This document shows positions 1 through 10,852 of a stretch of 64,000 bases of DNA, piece after piece. The position numbers and the translations under genes were made by a program. Each line of letters opens with the position of its first letter. Within the stretch, counting starts at the first letter, position 1. The notes beneath the pieces were generated by a model. It saw only the letters and a list, made by a program, of their open reading frames with translations. It searched no databases and was not told the origin of the DNA. The stretch covers positions 55,144 to 119,143 of the forward strand of contig NW_003314272.1 in the NCBI RefSeq assembly GCF_000143415.4. Reading direction: 5' to 3'. The stretch comes from Selaginella moellendorffii (taxonomy: Eukaryota > Plantae > Lycopodiophyta).

Positions 1-433
1 GTGCTATTGGCATATGGCATCTGGCATCTTTTATTCCATTTTTAGAATATTATTTATGAATATGCTTATAATCTACCGGTTCAAATTCAAAAACGTCAAA
101 TAGATGGCATAGATGAAGGGCCAAAGGGGTGGCAACACTTCAATGTGATTTTAGTGATGCTCCAAATCAAGTGAAATTTGTTAGGGCAATAGGGCAGATT
201 GTGAGCTACAATCTGTGTGTGTGTGTTAACATTGCCTTTAGTTGGAACAAGGTTTTGGAAATGAAGATCGTGTGCCCAGATGAGCAAGCCATTTGCTGCT
301 TCTCACGTCTTGCGCTTGTAGTGGAGAAGTGGGCCATTGACTGAAGCATGCGGCTCTTCTTTAGAACCTTGAAAGTAAGTTTTCAATGTTTTTTGAGAGT
401 TTCCATCTATTTATCTTTGCAGGAACAAGATCC

Positions 434-640
434 AGACTGGTAGTCAAGTCGCCAGGGAGAAAAGCTGAGGAAATTGGTGAAATGGCTTTATACTTTTTCA
501 TTTTTGTGTTATAACTAAAACTTTGCAGCATTCTTTCAGCCTATGCAAGACAATGATTTAAATTCAAGTCTTCAGGAGGAGGACATCCCTACTGTAAACA
601 ACTTTCCTTCATCCCTCTTGCTGCCATCAGCAAATGGTGG
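434..640 (+). repeat. Left arm of a ~205-bp inverted duplication (partner at ~2998-3203)
   Basis: AGACTGGTAGTCAAGTCGC...GCTGCCATCAGCAAATGGTGG aligns with the reverse complement of 2998-3203, with scattered substitutions. Confidence 0.85.
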
Positions 641-972
641 GCTTGTCACGGAGATGAAAATGGAAGAAAATTATGTCAAGTACTCCACTATTATGGAGAG
701 ATTGATGTTTGCAATGAATGGTTTTCACCTCTGGTATCTATCTACCTCGATTGTCCACATGGTGGAGAACAACCTCTGGCCAATCGGCATGGACCACTTT
801 CGAGCTACATTAGTGCCAGAGATCTGGAAGAAAAGAGAGCCTTTTGTATGCATGGAGTTCATGTCAATGGAATGGACATGCTCAAAGTCGGCGAGGTGGC
901 CAAGGAAGCCATTGCGAGAGCTCAGAGGGGTGATGGCCCAATATTAGTGGAGTGTGAGACTTACCGGTGTAT

Positions 973-1282
973 TGTTAGGCACCAGGTCAGGATAATAGGA
1001 TAAAGAAAGGGCCCTGCAATTAAGTGATCACCCTTTTAGCCAGTTGGCTTAGGGTATAAGGGATAGGATCCTAACATTAGCCCAGTTCGATTCTCGTGGC
1101 TGACGAGTGGGGCAAGAATATTCTGAAGGAATATTTAATATGGTGGATCTAGAGGGAGAACCAAGGTTTGGTAGACCCTAAGAGAAGGACCATGATAACC
1201 GGATGGTGGCCTAAGGGCCCTACAATCAAGTGATCACCCGTTTAACCAGTTGGCTTAGGGTGTAAGGGATAGGATCCTAACA
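973..1282. mobile_element. 310-bp non-autonomous LTR/TRIM-like insertion in the PDH fragment
   Basis: Begins TGTTAGG and ends CCTAACA (7-bp inverted termini, TG...CA). Flanked by TGTAT/TATAT, a 5-bp target duplication with one mismatch. Contains a 68-bp direct repeat (1009-1076 and 1215-1282) and splits the ETYR|RGH codons. Confidence 0.65.
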
Positions 1283-1901
1283 TATATAGAGGTCATTCTC
1301 TCGCCGATCCAGACGAGCTCTACAAGCCTTGTAAGTGCCTTGCTTTGTTCTTCGCTCTCTTCTGGTTCTTTGGAAGCTAAACTTTGTTCTTTCTTTCTGT
1401 CCAGAGCAACCAGTTGGCTTAGGGTGTAAGGGATAGGATCCTAACATATATAGAGGTCATTCTCTCGCCGATCCAGACGAGCTCTACAAGCCTTGTAAGT
1501 GCCTTGCTTTGTTCTTCGCTCTCTTCTGGTTCTTTGGAAGCTAAACTTTGTTCTTTCTTTCTGTCCAGAGCAACCAGTTGGCTTAGGGTGTAAGGGATAG
1601 GATCCTAACATATATAGAGGTCATTCTCTCACCGATCCAGACGAGCTCTACAAGCCTTGTAAGTGCCTTGCTTTGTTCTTTGCTCTCTTCTGGTTCTTTG
1701 GAAGCTAAACTTTGTTCTTTCTTTCTGTCCAGAGCAACCAGTTGGCTTAGGGTGTAAGGGATAGGATCCTAACATATATAGAGGTCATTCTCTCGCCGAT
1801 CCAGATGAGCTCTACAAGCCTTGTAAGTGCCTTGCTTTGTTCTTCGCTCTCTTCTGGTTCTTTGGAAGCTAAACTTTGTTCTTTCTTTCTGTCCAGAGCA
1901 A
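1244..1901 (+). repeat. Tandem repeat, 4 x 164 bp, near-identical
   Basis: CCAGTTGGCTTAGGG recurs at 1246, 1410, 1574 and 1738. The unit is the element end plus a PDH exon piece plus a complete intron. Confidence 0.95.
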
Positions 1902-2409
1902 AAGAGCAAGCACGCCGCTTGCAATCCCATCCCTCCTTTCAAGAAGTACTTGCTAGAAGAAATTCTAGCCAGTGAGGTGGAGTTGAAAGCCATCGAAAAG
2001 AAGATCAAGGAGATTGTGGAGGATGCCGTGGAGTTTGTGGATGCGTTGCTTCTTCCACCTCACAGACATGATACGAGAGGCTGATGATCTATTGGTTCCT
2101 TCAAAATTATTGAGCTCTTGGGCACATTTGCAGATTCTCCAACCTGTGTAAACGGCTTCCACCAACACTCAGAGTAGGAGACACCTCTGATTGGTTTTTG
2201 CATGTCTTCAGTACATGCATCTGATAGCTTCCACCTCAATACAAGTCACAGTCTCAAAAACAACCAAGGCTATTAATGTTTCTTTGCCATTCAAACACAT
2301 GAAGACGAGACTCAATCCCTAGGCAGGACAGAAAATGACAAATGGAATCGGAGTAAGGCCTGCAAGGATAATCAAAATAGCATACCTCACATGCGATATA
2401 CGTCCGTGC

Positions 2410-2940
2410 TGGCTTATATTGCATTGACAGCTTCCCATGTCATTGTTTCCAGATCAAAGATGTTGAGGTCATTGAGCAAACACCTATTGGAGTCTTCTCC
2501 ACCAAACATGACTCCACTAAGCAGGATCCGATCAGCAAAACAGACTGGCCCCTCAAACAGCAAATGATCAATCTCAGGTTCATACAGTATGTCACATGCA
2601 CAAGAGCTTGTCCATATGTTGGAAAAGCAACCAAGTGAAAGTCTGCATATCAAAAACATGAACTGGAGATAGAGAGCACTGAAGTGAGACACTGAAATGC
2701 ATTATATTAACCTGAGACAGAGTCAATGGTTTCTCAAGTGGCCACCAACAAACAGCATCCTGTTCTTCAGAATCTGAAAACACTCGGGAATATTGTAAGA
2801 TGAAAGTATAAAGCTATAAAAATTACCAGGCTATGACTGGCACAGGGTGGGATCAGTGGCATGGACAGGGACAAAAGGAGACATTGTGAGCTTTTGCTCA
2901 GCTTTGGACCAGGTGAGCATTCTTAGATTGAGCACCTATG
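2410..2940 (-). pseudogene. Kelch-repeat protein fragment (ACBP4/5-type Kelch repeats)
   Basis: VMFGGEDSNRCLLNDLNIFDLETMTWE and VLNLRMLTWS resemble plant Kelch repeats. Fragmentary. Confidence 0.65.
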
Positions 2941-2997
2941 GCAAAGGTGCAACATCAGTTATTAAAGAGCAAAACACTACATACCTGGACATCGTTC

Positions 2998-3203
2998 CAC
3001 CATTTGCTGATGGCAGCAAGGGGGATGGAGGAGAGTTGTTTACAGCAGGGATGTACTCCTCCTGAAGGCTTGGATTTAAATCATTGTCTTGCATAGGGTG
3101 AAAGAATGCTGCAAAGTTTTAGTTCTAACACAAAAACGAACAAATACAAAGCCATTTCACCAATTCTCTCAACTTTTTCCCCTTGCGACTTGACTACCAG
3201 TCT
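2998..3203 (-). repeat. Right arm of the ~205-bp inverted duplication
   Basis: Reverse complement matches 434-640. Confidence 0.85.
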
Positions 3204-6200
3204 TTTCTGCAAGTGAAAGTGAAAGTCCCCTTGTCAAAAGCATGAACTTGAGATAGAGAGCACTGAAGTGAGATGGATCTCAAAGCTCCTCTGCATTACA
3301 TTAACCTGAGACAGAGTCGGGGGAGTTTTTTTAGTGGCCACCCACAACAAACAGCATCCTGTCTCTAAACATTTTTGCTGTGTGAAGGCTGGATCCTCGC
3401 CCCTGTATTTCCCATCTGGCCAGATTCCAAAGCCTCAACGATCCACAAACGTTCTCCAGGATCTGTTTTGTGCGTCTCTTCCTTGTTTGATAATGTTATT
3501 TTACTTCTTTCCAGGAGAATGGCAGCTACAACACACAAAATTTGCTGGAGCTTAAATAGGAGCTTGAGGTGGCTCTAGCATCACTCTAAGATGAAATAGC
3601 ATGTACAGCTATGACTGGTCAAATATGGAGAAACCCTTAGCTTTTGTGAATTGCTTTAATGGAAAGGAGCTTATGCAGCATGATAGTTCATGGCAGAATG
3701 AAGTAGAGGCACTCCAAGTTTGGCAATCTTGTTGGATGTCTCTATGCTTCTCTCTGAAAGTGACAAAAAGAATGAGATTGCTACACTCCAGGTCGTGTCG
3801 ATGCTGCTGTTGTCCACCAGCAGTGACATTCCTGCCAGTGTTGCTTGCAGCAAGATCAAGATCATCGTTGAGTTTTAGGCAAATTGATGAAGATGCCTGG
3901 AAAATGAGAGATGAAAACAAGAATAGAAAGAAAAAAAAGAACCAAAAAGGCTCTGGAAATATCTGTATAGCTGAGGGCAGAGGCTCTGTATAGCTGTGAG
4001 AAGATGCTCTGGAAATGGTTGATGAGAAACTTGGTCTCTTGATTAAAATCTTGGAGGGGCCAGGAAAACTTCCTAGCAGAGAGTAGAATTTTAAACCTTG
4101 GGAGAAAAGAAAGATTGGATGACAAAAGCAAAGTACCTTGAAAATGTTGCATTAGATAAAATCCTGTCTTGGCTTCTTAAGACAAGAGGACATTGTGCAC
4201 ATCCAAAATGTTCAAGTCATGTCAAAAGTGTTTCTAAGAAGGATTTTCAGATAGAGACAGACTTGGATAGGACATTTAGATTCATACCTTGTCAAGATGC
4301 TCTCCATGTGCTTGAAAACTTTGGGAGGACGTAACGAGAAGGATTCCAAGCTGATGGCATTACTTGCATGTGCTTCTTGATGGCTTACAATGATTGGCCA
4401 TCGAGTGACAAGGAGTGGAAGAAATGGTGACAAAATAAATGGAAAGTGTGCATTTCAATGGTAAACCTTATTGTTTTAGTCATTTTCATGCAAAAGAATT
4501 TTGAACTAGAGAGGATAAATGTTGGTGATTTAGTGTTCTACATTCTTTTTCAAGTCTTTTAGGTTTTGGTCGTGATGAAGCAAGAGTAGTTACAACATTT
4601 TACAAAATTCAAATAAGATCTGGAAGATGATAGTGGTTGAATTTCTATATTTATGGGAATTTATTTTAGGACTTGGAGCATTGTTTCTTGGTAGACATTT
4701 TTGAAAGAGTCATGTGTTAAATGTTCATCACAATAGTGAAATGGATTGTGCTCCCTATTTTCAACTAAGAAAAAAATTACATAAGAGACCACTATATCTC
4801 ATTACCAAGAGAATCACAATAAATTATTCTTCTATTGTTTTATTTTTTAAAGATGTGTTGTTCTATTCCAAACTATGTCCAACTACATCTTCTCAAATTG
4901 AAATGGTCTCTACTTCTCCCAGTGGAGTTGGGATCCCTATTAATGTGTGTGTCCATGAGCCCAGTGTTAGAGTTGGCAGTAGGATAACAGAGGCTTTACC
5001 ACAATGGCCTGCAAGTGGAGGTGTAATTGGCAGCTTCATTCTCATTCACTGTGCAGGCAGGTTCCCACGGTCTCGGAAGGATGCCCTTCGCAGCATGACT
5101 CATCAGCTCAATAGCGAGAATGTCTTGGTAATTGTTATCAGAGGTGGCCAGCACTAAGCGAGTAGGTTGTTATTGGTGACATGGTATGCAATGTTCTACT
5201 AGAGCCATCACATTGCCTCTTGCAATGACCAGAGCTGACTGCTTGGAAATGCACACTCCAGGTGAGGGATGTGAAGCCAATGCTGGTGGTGTAGGCACCA
5301 AAGAAAAGGCTAAACAACTGACTGCTGCTGATGTTATTGGCCTGCCCACCACCATTTGTTTTTCGTGGCTTCCAGCTCACAACTAGGAAAGGAAGTTAAA
5401 GTTCTGCTGTGCATTGCTGAAAGACTGAAAGTCTTGATGGCATAGCCTACATTGACATGGTAATCCAGACTTCCTTCCTTGCTCTTTGCTACTAATGGAT
5501 CCTCTACTTTGCTATTCATCTTGGTCGAGAGATTGCAATAATGCACTTGAAGAGGTTGCTTGAATCTATCTCTGCTGCTATATGCCAAGCTCGGCACTAC
5601 CTCTAACGGAAGCAGCTCACTACACACCATCTTGTCAAGTTCGCTGCAGACTGAACATTGTATTAACTCGAGGTTTCATATGAGGATCATGATTCCCCAC
5701 GCAACATATCTATTCCATTCAATCTGAAAACATTCCACATTGAATTGTTGCGATGGAGATCTTTCAGTTCTTCATGCCAAACAATGGTATGGCACTCTTA
5801 AGTTTGAGGTAAAAAGCTTTCACATATTGTTTGTAGCCAAACTGAATGCATTCTCATGTGGAATGGCTCAGTGACAACAAGCTGGATCCCATTCTAGAGT
5901 CACTGGCCAAGCTACCTTGGTTGGCTTGCACAGGCTTAACCTCAGCGAGTCCATCTATCCACTGGCAAGTTCTCAGTGTTGAGAATAGTGAGCCAAGTGG
6001 CAGTGACTGAAGAGGTGAGTTTTCTATTTTTATGCTTTTAGCTCTCTGGCAAACATCTGTATTCTCTTTTCTTCTTCTCTAGATTACTGACAACCTTGCT
6101 TGAAATGTATTACAGTCATACACATTGGAGATTAAGTTTCTTGAAGCTCTCTGATGCTTCAAACAAAATGCAAGCACTGCCACCGTCAAGCATACATGAC

Positions 6201-7169
6201 GATTGGCTTCAAGAAGATGATGGCTAAGTTTATGAGTTTTGCAGTTGTCAAATTTTCAGCTGTTCTTGGCTCTTCTGGATCTGCCAAGTGAGTATTTCCG
6301 AGCTATGACTCGATTTCTGATGTTGAAGCATGTGAAGTTTTTATGCAGTTTTGGTCAGAGTGTAGAACAATGCACTGGATCTTTGAACGGAAACACGGGG
6401 AACATTCGAAAAAACCCAGCACTTGAGGTGATATGCTCATTAACATTTGTGATTTGTTTATCTCGAGGCACATTTTTTTTAGGCACTTCGAGCATTGACT
6501 TAACGGGAACTTTCATTGGTAGGGGCAATGATTCTAGCAAAGAAGGCTCTGGAAGAAGCTTATATTACGAAGCAGATGATCTGTTTTCAGACCTCTTGAA
6601 AGATGAAAATGAAGGTTTAGCATTAACAAGGAGCAACTATATCGCTTTTAAGGTTACAAAGGTCCATCTTGCAGGAACATCATTGGTTGTAACCTGGAAT
6701 GAAGGCTACGTTGGAAGCAGCAATGGGGTATATGCTCTAAAATTTATCCCACAGCTTTTGCAAGTCTATTTCGACATTGCATTGCAAGATATGAGCAATT
6801 ATAAGTTCCAAACCGTTGCATTTAATCCGCTGCTCTTTGTATGTTTAGCACTACTCTGCGCTCTTTTACCTATGGTCTTCTTCAGAATCAATGCCATGCT
6901 TCCGGATAAGGCATTTTCAATCAAGGTAAGCAAGATTAGTTTACTCATAAGCTGACTCATGTCTTAAATCAGGTCCAACAAATGTGTTGTCAGTTTGTGC
7001 ACACTTTCTTCAAGAAATCTCCTTAATTCATTGCTCTTTTGAAGGTAAGCCTTTCTTATCTAATGAAGTTGTTATCCCAAAAGAAGTAAAAACATTGCAG
7101 AAGCCCATCACCAGTCAACCTCAAACAAGTGACAGTAAAGTAAGATGGATTTCACAAAGCCTCCTTTGC

Positions 7170-7550
7170 AATTATGCTGAGTGGTTGGAGACCATGGGGG
7201 TGGTGGTACTTGTTTCAAGGATGGTGTAAGAGAGCTCTTTGAAACTCTGGAGTTGGTTCTCTACAAAAACCTCTCCTTATGGTAATCGAAGTTTCTCACT
7301 GTCTATATTGTGTCTAATCTTCACAAACATCCAGGCATAAAACTTCTGCCATCCCGGCCCTATTTTTTGTCATAACTGCCATAGCAAAGCTTGCAACGTG
7401 CCATCGAGAGCTCTTGCCTAGAGCTTGAGTCCTAAGGTTTGCTTTTTTTTGTCTTCTCTAAGGAACTTTTTTGAGTTTAAGTTGCTGTTCTTGATGAAGG
7501 TGGCACAATCACATCAACTACTCAATAAGATTGTCTGGAGAAGAATTGAA
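7170..7550 (+). pseudogene. AP-5 complex subunit zeta fragment
   Basis: LC*VVGDHGGGG..KDGVRELFETLELVLYKNL, FVITAIAKLATCHRELLPRA and VWRR resemble the plant AP5Z C-terminal region. Has in-frame stops and retained introns. Confidence 0.7.
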
Positions 7551-8864
7551 GATCACCATTGCTGCCTACGACTGAGTCCCTGGAGTGGAGAAGCTGGTGA
7601 TGACTGCAAAGATGGACCTTGCTTCGCAGCTTATACAGCATGAGAAGCCCGAGAGCTTGCTGCATTACTACAAGACCATGGAGCTGTCCACAAAGTTTGA
7701 TTTGTTTCTCACATGTCTAAGAAGATTTGGCCCCCCATTGATCTCAACATGGTCAGATGCTACCAGCATTTTGGAAAAATATTCACAGGTTATACTTCCC
7801 ACCAAAGGATCAACTACAAGGAAATAACTTCAAAAAAAACAAAGAGAACTCACAAGGATCTGGCTCACACAAATTGAAACAAAACTTTGGAAATTGTTTT
7901 GGAATTTAATTCTCCTTGAGAGTTTTCAAGAAGATCTGTCCACTAGGATGAATGTTGCAGTGATAGATTCACGTTTTAAACACCACCTACATTTTCCAAC
8001 AAGAGATAAGATCTTTGAATTCTTCCTCCTTTCCACATTATCTTGAGAGGCTTTAATGGATAATCACTGGGGAGGCTAATGTTGACCTTATAAAAGGGAT
8101 CCTATGAGAAGAAGAAGAATTTCTTCAAAAGTTGAGAATTGAGCTAAGAAGTCTAATCGATGGACTGACGATTGTGGAGACCCACTCATAGAAATTATTG
8201 GCCTTTGGACTGGCAAAGCAATTCTCTAGTGGATTTCTATGAGCTCCTTCTGGATCTGCTTCACCCCACTGTGCCAAACCACTCATAACCTTTTGGAGTA
8301 GATTGTAAATCAGCTGTTTACAAACATTTTTAATTCATTAATTATTTTATTAATATTATTATTGAATTAATAATTAATAAATTAAATAGTTATAATTAAA
8401 TATTAAATTAGCTGATTCTGCTAATTTACAATCTTTTATTTCTATCCACTCAAAACCTTTATGATATACATGCTGCAATGTGAACAATACTCAGCCAAGG
8501 ACATTCAACCATTCCCTACTTGGAGCATGTCGGGATCTGAAAGAGAGAAGCTTGAGAAATTTATGCAAAGCCAACCGTTGATCTCACCGTTCCAGCCTCT
8601 AGGATGCCCACAAATTGTTGGCATCCACTAGCAACTCTATACTGCAAGCAAAACTGGTCATAGAAGGGAAATAAAAGAAGAGCTAAGAGAACTTTATCAT
8701 GGCTATATGTCTTTAGTGATGTCTGTCAGCTATTCACATACTTCCCAGCCCACATGGTTGGATGATCTGCTCAATGTGGATCTCAAAAGTACAAGTAGTG
8801 ATCTGGTCAAAATTGCTGGAAGGTAGAGAGTTCTTTTTTCCAATGAATAGCTTATCATCTGTAG

Positions 8865-9240
8865 ATGTTTTCCAAGAGAATGACTTGTAAATGCCACTGA
8901 GTGGCTTTAAAGGGCCACGAGTTTCAAAACACAGGTACAGTAAACATGCTGATTTTGTTCCATTTCAATGTGTCAATTGAGTTATTTCTTCTTGTATAGG
9001 GAGTCAACTATTTCAAGTACGACAATTCCTTTCACAAGAAAAATCAGCCTTCTCATGCTCAGTACACAAACAAAGTTTGCATCTCAGGAATGGAGCAACA
9101 CCACCACAAAACCCGGTGAGTGAGGCTCTCAACAAAAGCAAACATCCTATCTTCTATGAAATGTGTGAATGGTAATTAAATTTTTTTTTCTTGCTATCTT
9201 TTGTGATATAAGAGCTCATGTTTCTGTGCATAGGGGAGAC
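8865..9240 (+). pseudogene. Alpha-galactosidase (GH27) fragment
   Basis: GVNYFKYDNS and EALNKSKHPIFYEMCEW correspond to GH27 WGVDYLKYDNC and ALxxxGRxIFxSLCEW. The segments are flanked by introns. Confidence 0.7.
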
Positions 9241-9379
9241 CTTTTGACTTTCCTATCACTACCGCATCCTTGATCTCTTTATGGACAAAAAAATGTTTTC
9301 TATTCTATATCTTCTTCCACAATCATACAACTGACATCTTCCAGAATAAGATGTGAAGCTAGTTTAGGGTTTAGGGTTT

Positions 9380-9465
9380 ACCATATTGGTGAGGATTTGA
9401 CACTATTTTGAATGGTTTGTGTGTGGCAAGCTCTTTTAAGAACAGGTAATCCTCACCAATATGGT
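9380..9465. repeat. Perfect 18-bp inverted repeat (hairpin) next to two TTTAGGG units
   Basis: ACCATATTGGTGAGGATT (9380-9397) pairs with AATCCTCACCAATATGGT (9448-9465). Confidence 0.85.
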
Positions 9466-9585
9466 CTAAACTCCTAAAGTTCTCATTCCATACATGCAAG
9501 TGAACCCAGAAGAAAAAGAATGGTCAAGATGGCTTGTGAGCCAAGGAAATGACAATCTCCCTAACCAATCAAGGTTTAACCAAAT

Positions 9586-10010
9586 TTACATTGCCAAGTT
9601 CACACCCCATTGATCGAAGGAGTTGATTCCCCAGATAAATCCCTGCACCACGACCCAGTGATCATACAAAGGTAGAAGCTGGCCAACTGTATATGGCTTT
9701 AGAGTTGGTAGCATCATGCTCAAGGCTGGATGGTTGCTGGTGAATTCTTGCAGACTTTCACCTAGCATGCTAGGTAACTGTAGAGCAGCAAGGAAAGAAC
9801 ATTCATGAACTTACTTTGTGAGGAGTCAAATAATCTGGGACACCTTCCACTTGAAGTTCCTCGAGGATCTGAAAAAAGAAATATTTAGACCATGAAAGAA
9901 TACAAGAGATTCCTTACTAACCCTGCCATAAGCCAATGTGTCTGCTTGGAGAAAAAAAGTGCACAAATTTCAAACTAAATGCCCAATTCTGAATGGTTAA
10001 CTACACCAGG
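9586..10010 (-). pseudogene. Cytosolic glucose-6-phosphate isomerase C-terminal fragment, copy 1
   Basis: [30 protein letters not shown] and [15 protein letters not shown] are PGI signature region matches. Introns are retained. Confidence 0.85.
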
Positions 10011-10094
10011 TTAGTGCACACACCACTGAAAGAAGCGCCACACAATGTAGGTTAAATGTAGTGCTACAACCATTATTGCTGTATTCAATTTATA

Positions 10095-10852
10095 TCTTCT
10101 TTTCAATTCAGTCTTGTGCTTCAAGTTTAGCATTACAAAACTACCAAAACAGCATTAAAGGGAATAAATTATCTCTGAAATTTGAGAGATCAAGATTCTT
10201 GTGTGATTGGTAGGGACAAAAGATATGTTATTCCGGAGAATATGGAATTTATCAAATAAGCAAGTTCTTGGCAAGTTTTGTTACTCCTTTTAAAACTTTC
10301 TAACCTTTCTAATTCTGATGATTTAGGAGTTTAAGAGGCAAATTTTGTGGATCCTACACATAATAAATAATAATTTTAAAGAATACTTAATCTTTAACGA
10401 CTAGAACATCACTTCACTTTAAAATTATAATCTTACACTTATTGTTTATTTAGGTGCAGGAAATAACTATAAACATGGAGAGGAAAAATAATATTATTAA
10501 ACGCTCTAATTCAAAGCTTCACAAATATCTTCTTTTCAATTCTGTATTGTGCTTCAAGTTTGGCACTTCAAGACTATGAAAACAACATATAAGGGATGAA
10601 TTCTTTCTAAAATTTGAGAGATTAAGGTTCTTGTGTGACTTGGTAGGGATAAAAGAAATGTTATTCTAGAGAATATGGAATTCATCAAATAAGCAAAAAT
10701 ATGGTGTTCTTGGCAAGTTTTGTTACTTATTTTAGTACTTTCTAACATTTCTAATTCTGATGGTTTAGGAGTTTTAGAAGCAAATTTTGTAGATCCTACA
10801 TGTAATAAATAAGTATTTGAAAGAACACTTAATCTTTAATGACTAGAACACC
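10095..10852 (+). repeat. Diverged local direct duplication (~330 bp x 2)
   Basis: ATCTTCTTTTCAATTC...GACTAGAACA occurs at ~10095-10410 and again at ~10527-10850. Confidence 0.75.

Larger units (their letters stand above)
730..2065 (+). pseudogene. Fragment of plastid pyruvate dehydrogenase E1 alpha subunit (C-terminal part), frameshifted and interrupted by an insertion and a tandem repeat
   Basis: VENNLWPIGMDHFRAT..PEIWKK, GPILVECETYR, RGHSLADPDEL and KKYLLEE..EVELKAIEKKIKEIVEDAVEF match plastid PDH-E1a. There are frameshifts and no N-terminus. Confidence 0.85.

Noticed and set aside
1009-1076. Possible Cassandra (5S rRNA-bearing) LTR
   Set aside because: No similarity to the plant 5S rRNA sequence is visible.
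1244-1901. Regular repeats (also 20646-21106 and 42276-42992) as possible CRISPR-like arrays
   Set aside because: Whole units are duplicated with no unique spacers, there are no cas genes, and the context is eukaryotic.
6239-6955. 238-aa ORF in the AT-rich region
   Set aside because: It starts at TTG, appears to read through intron-like sequence and has no family I can recognise. It cannot be supported as a gene.
9363-9379. Interstitial telomere
   Set aside because: Only about two TTTAGGG units, too short to call a telomeric array.
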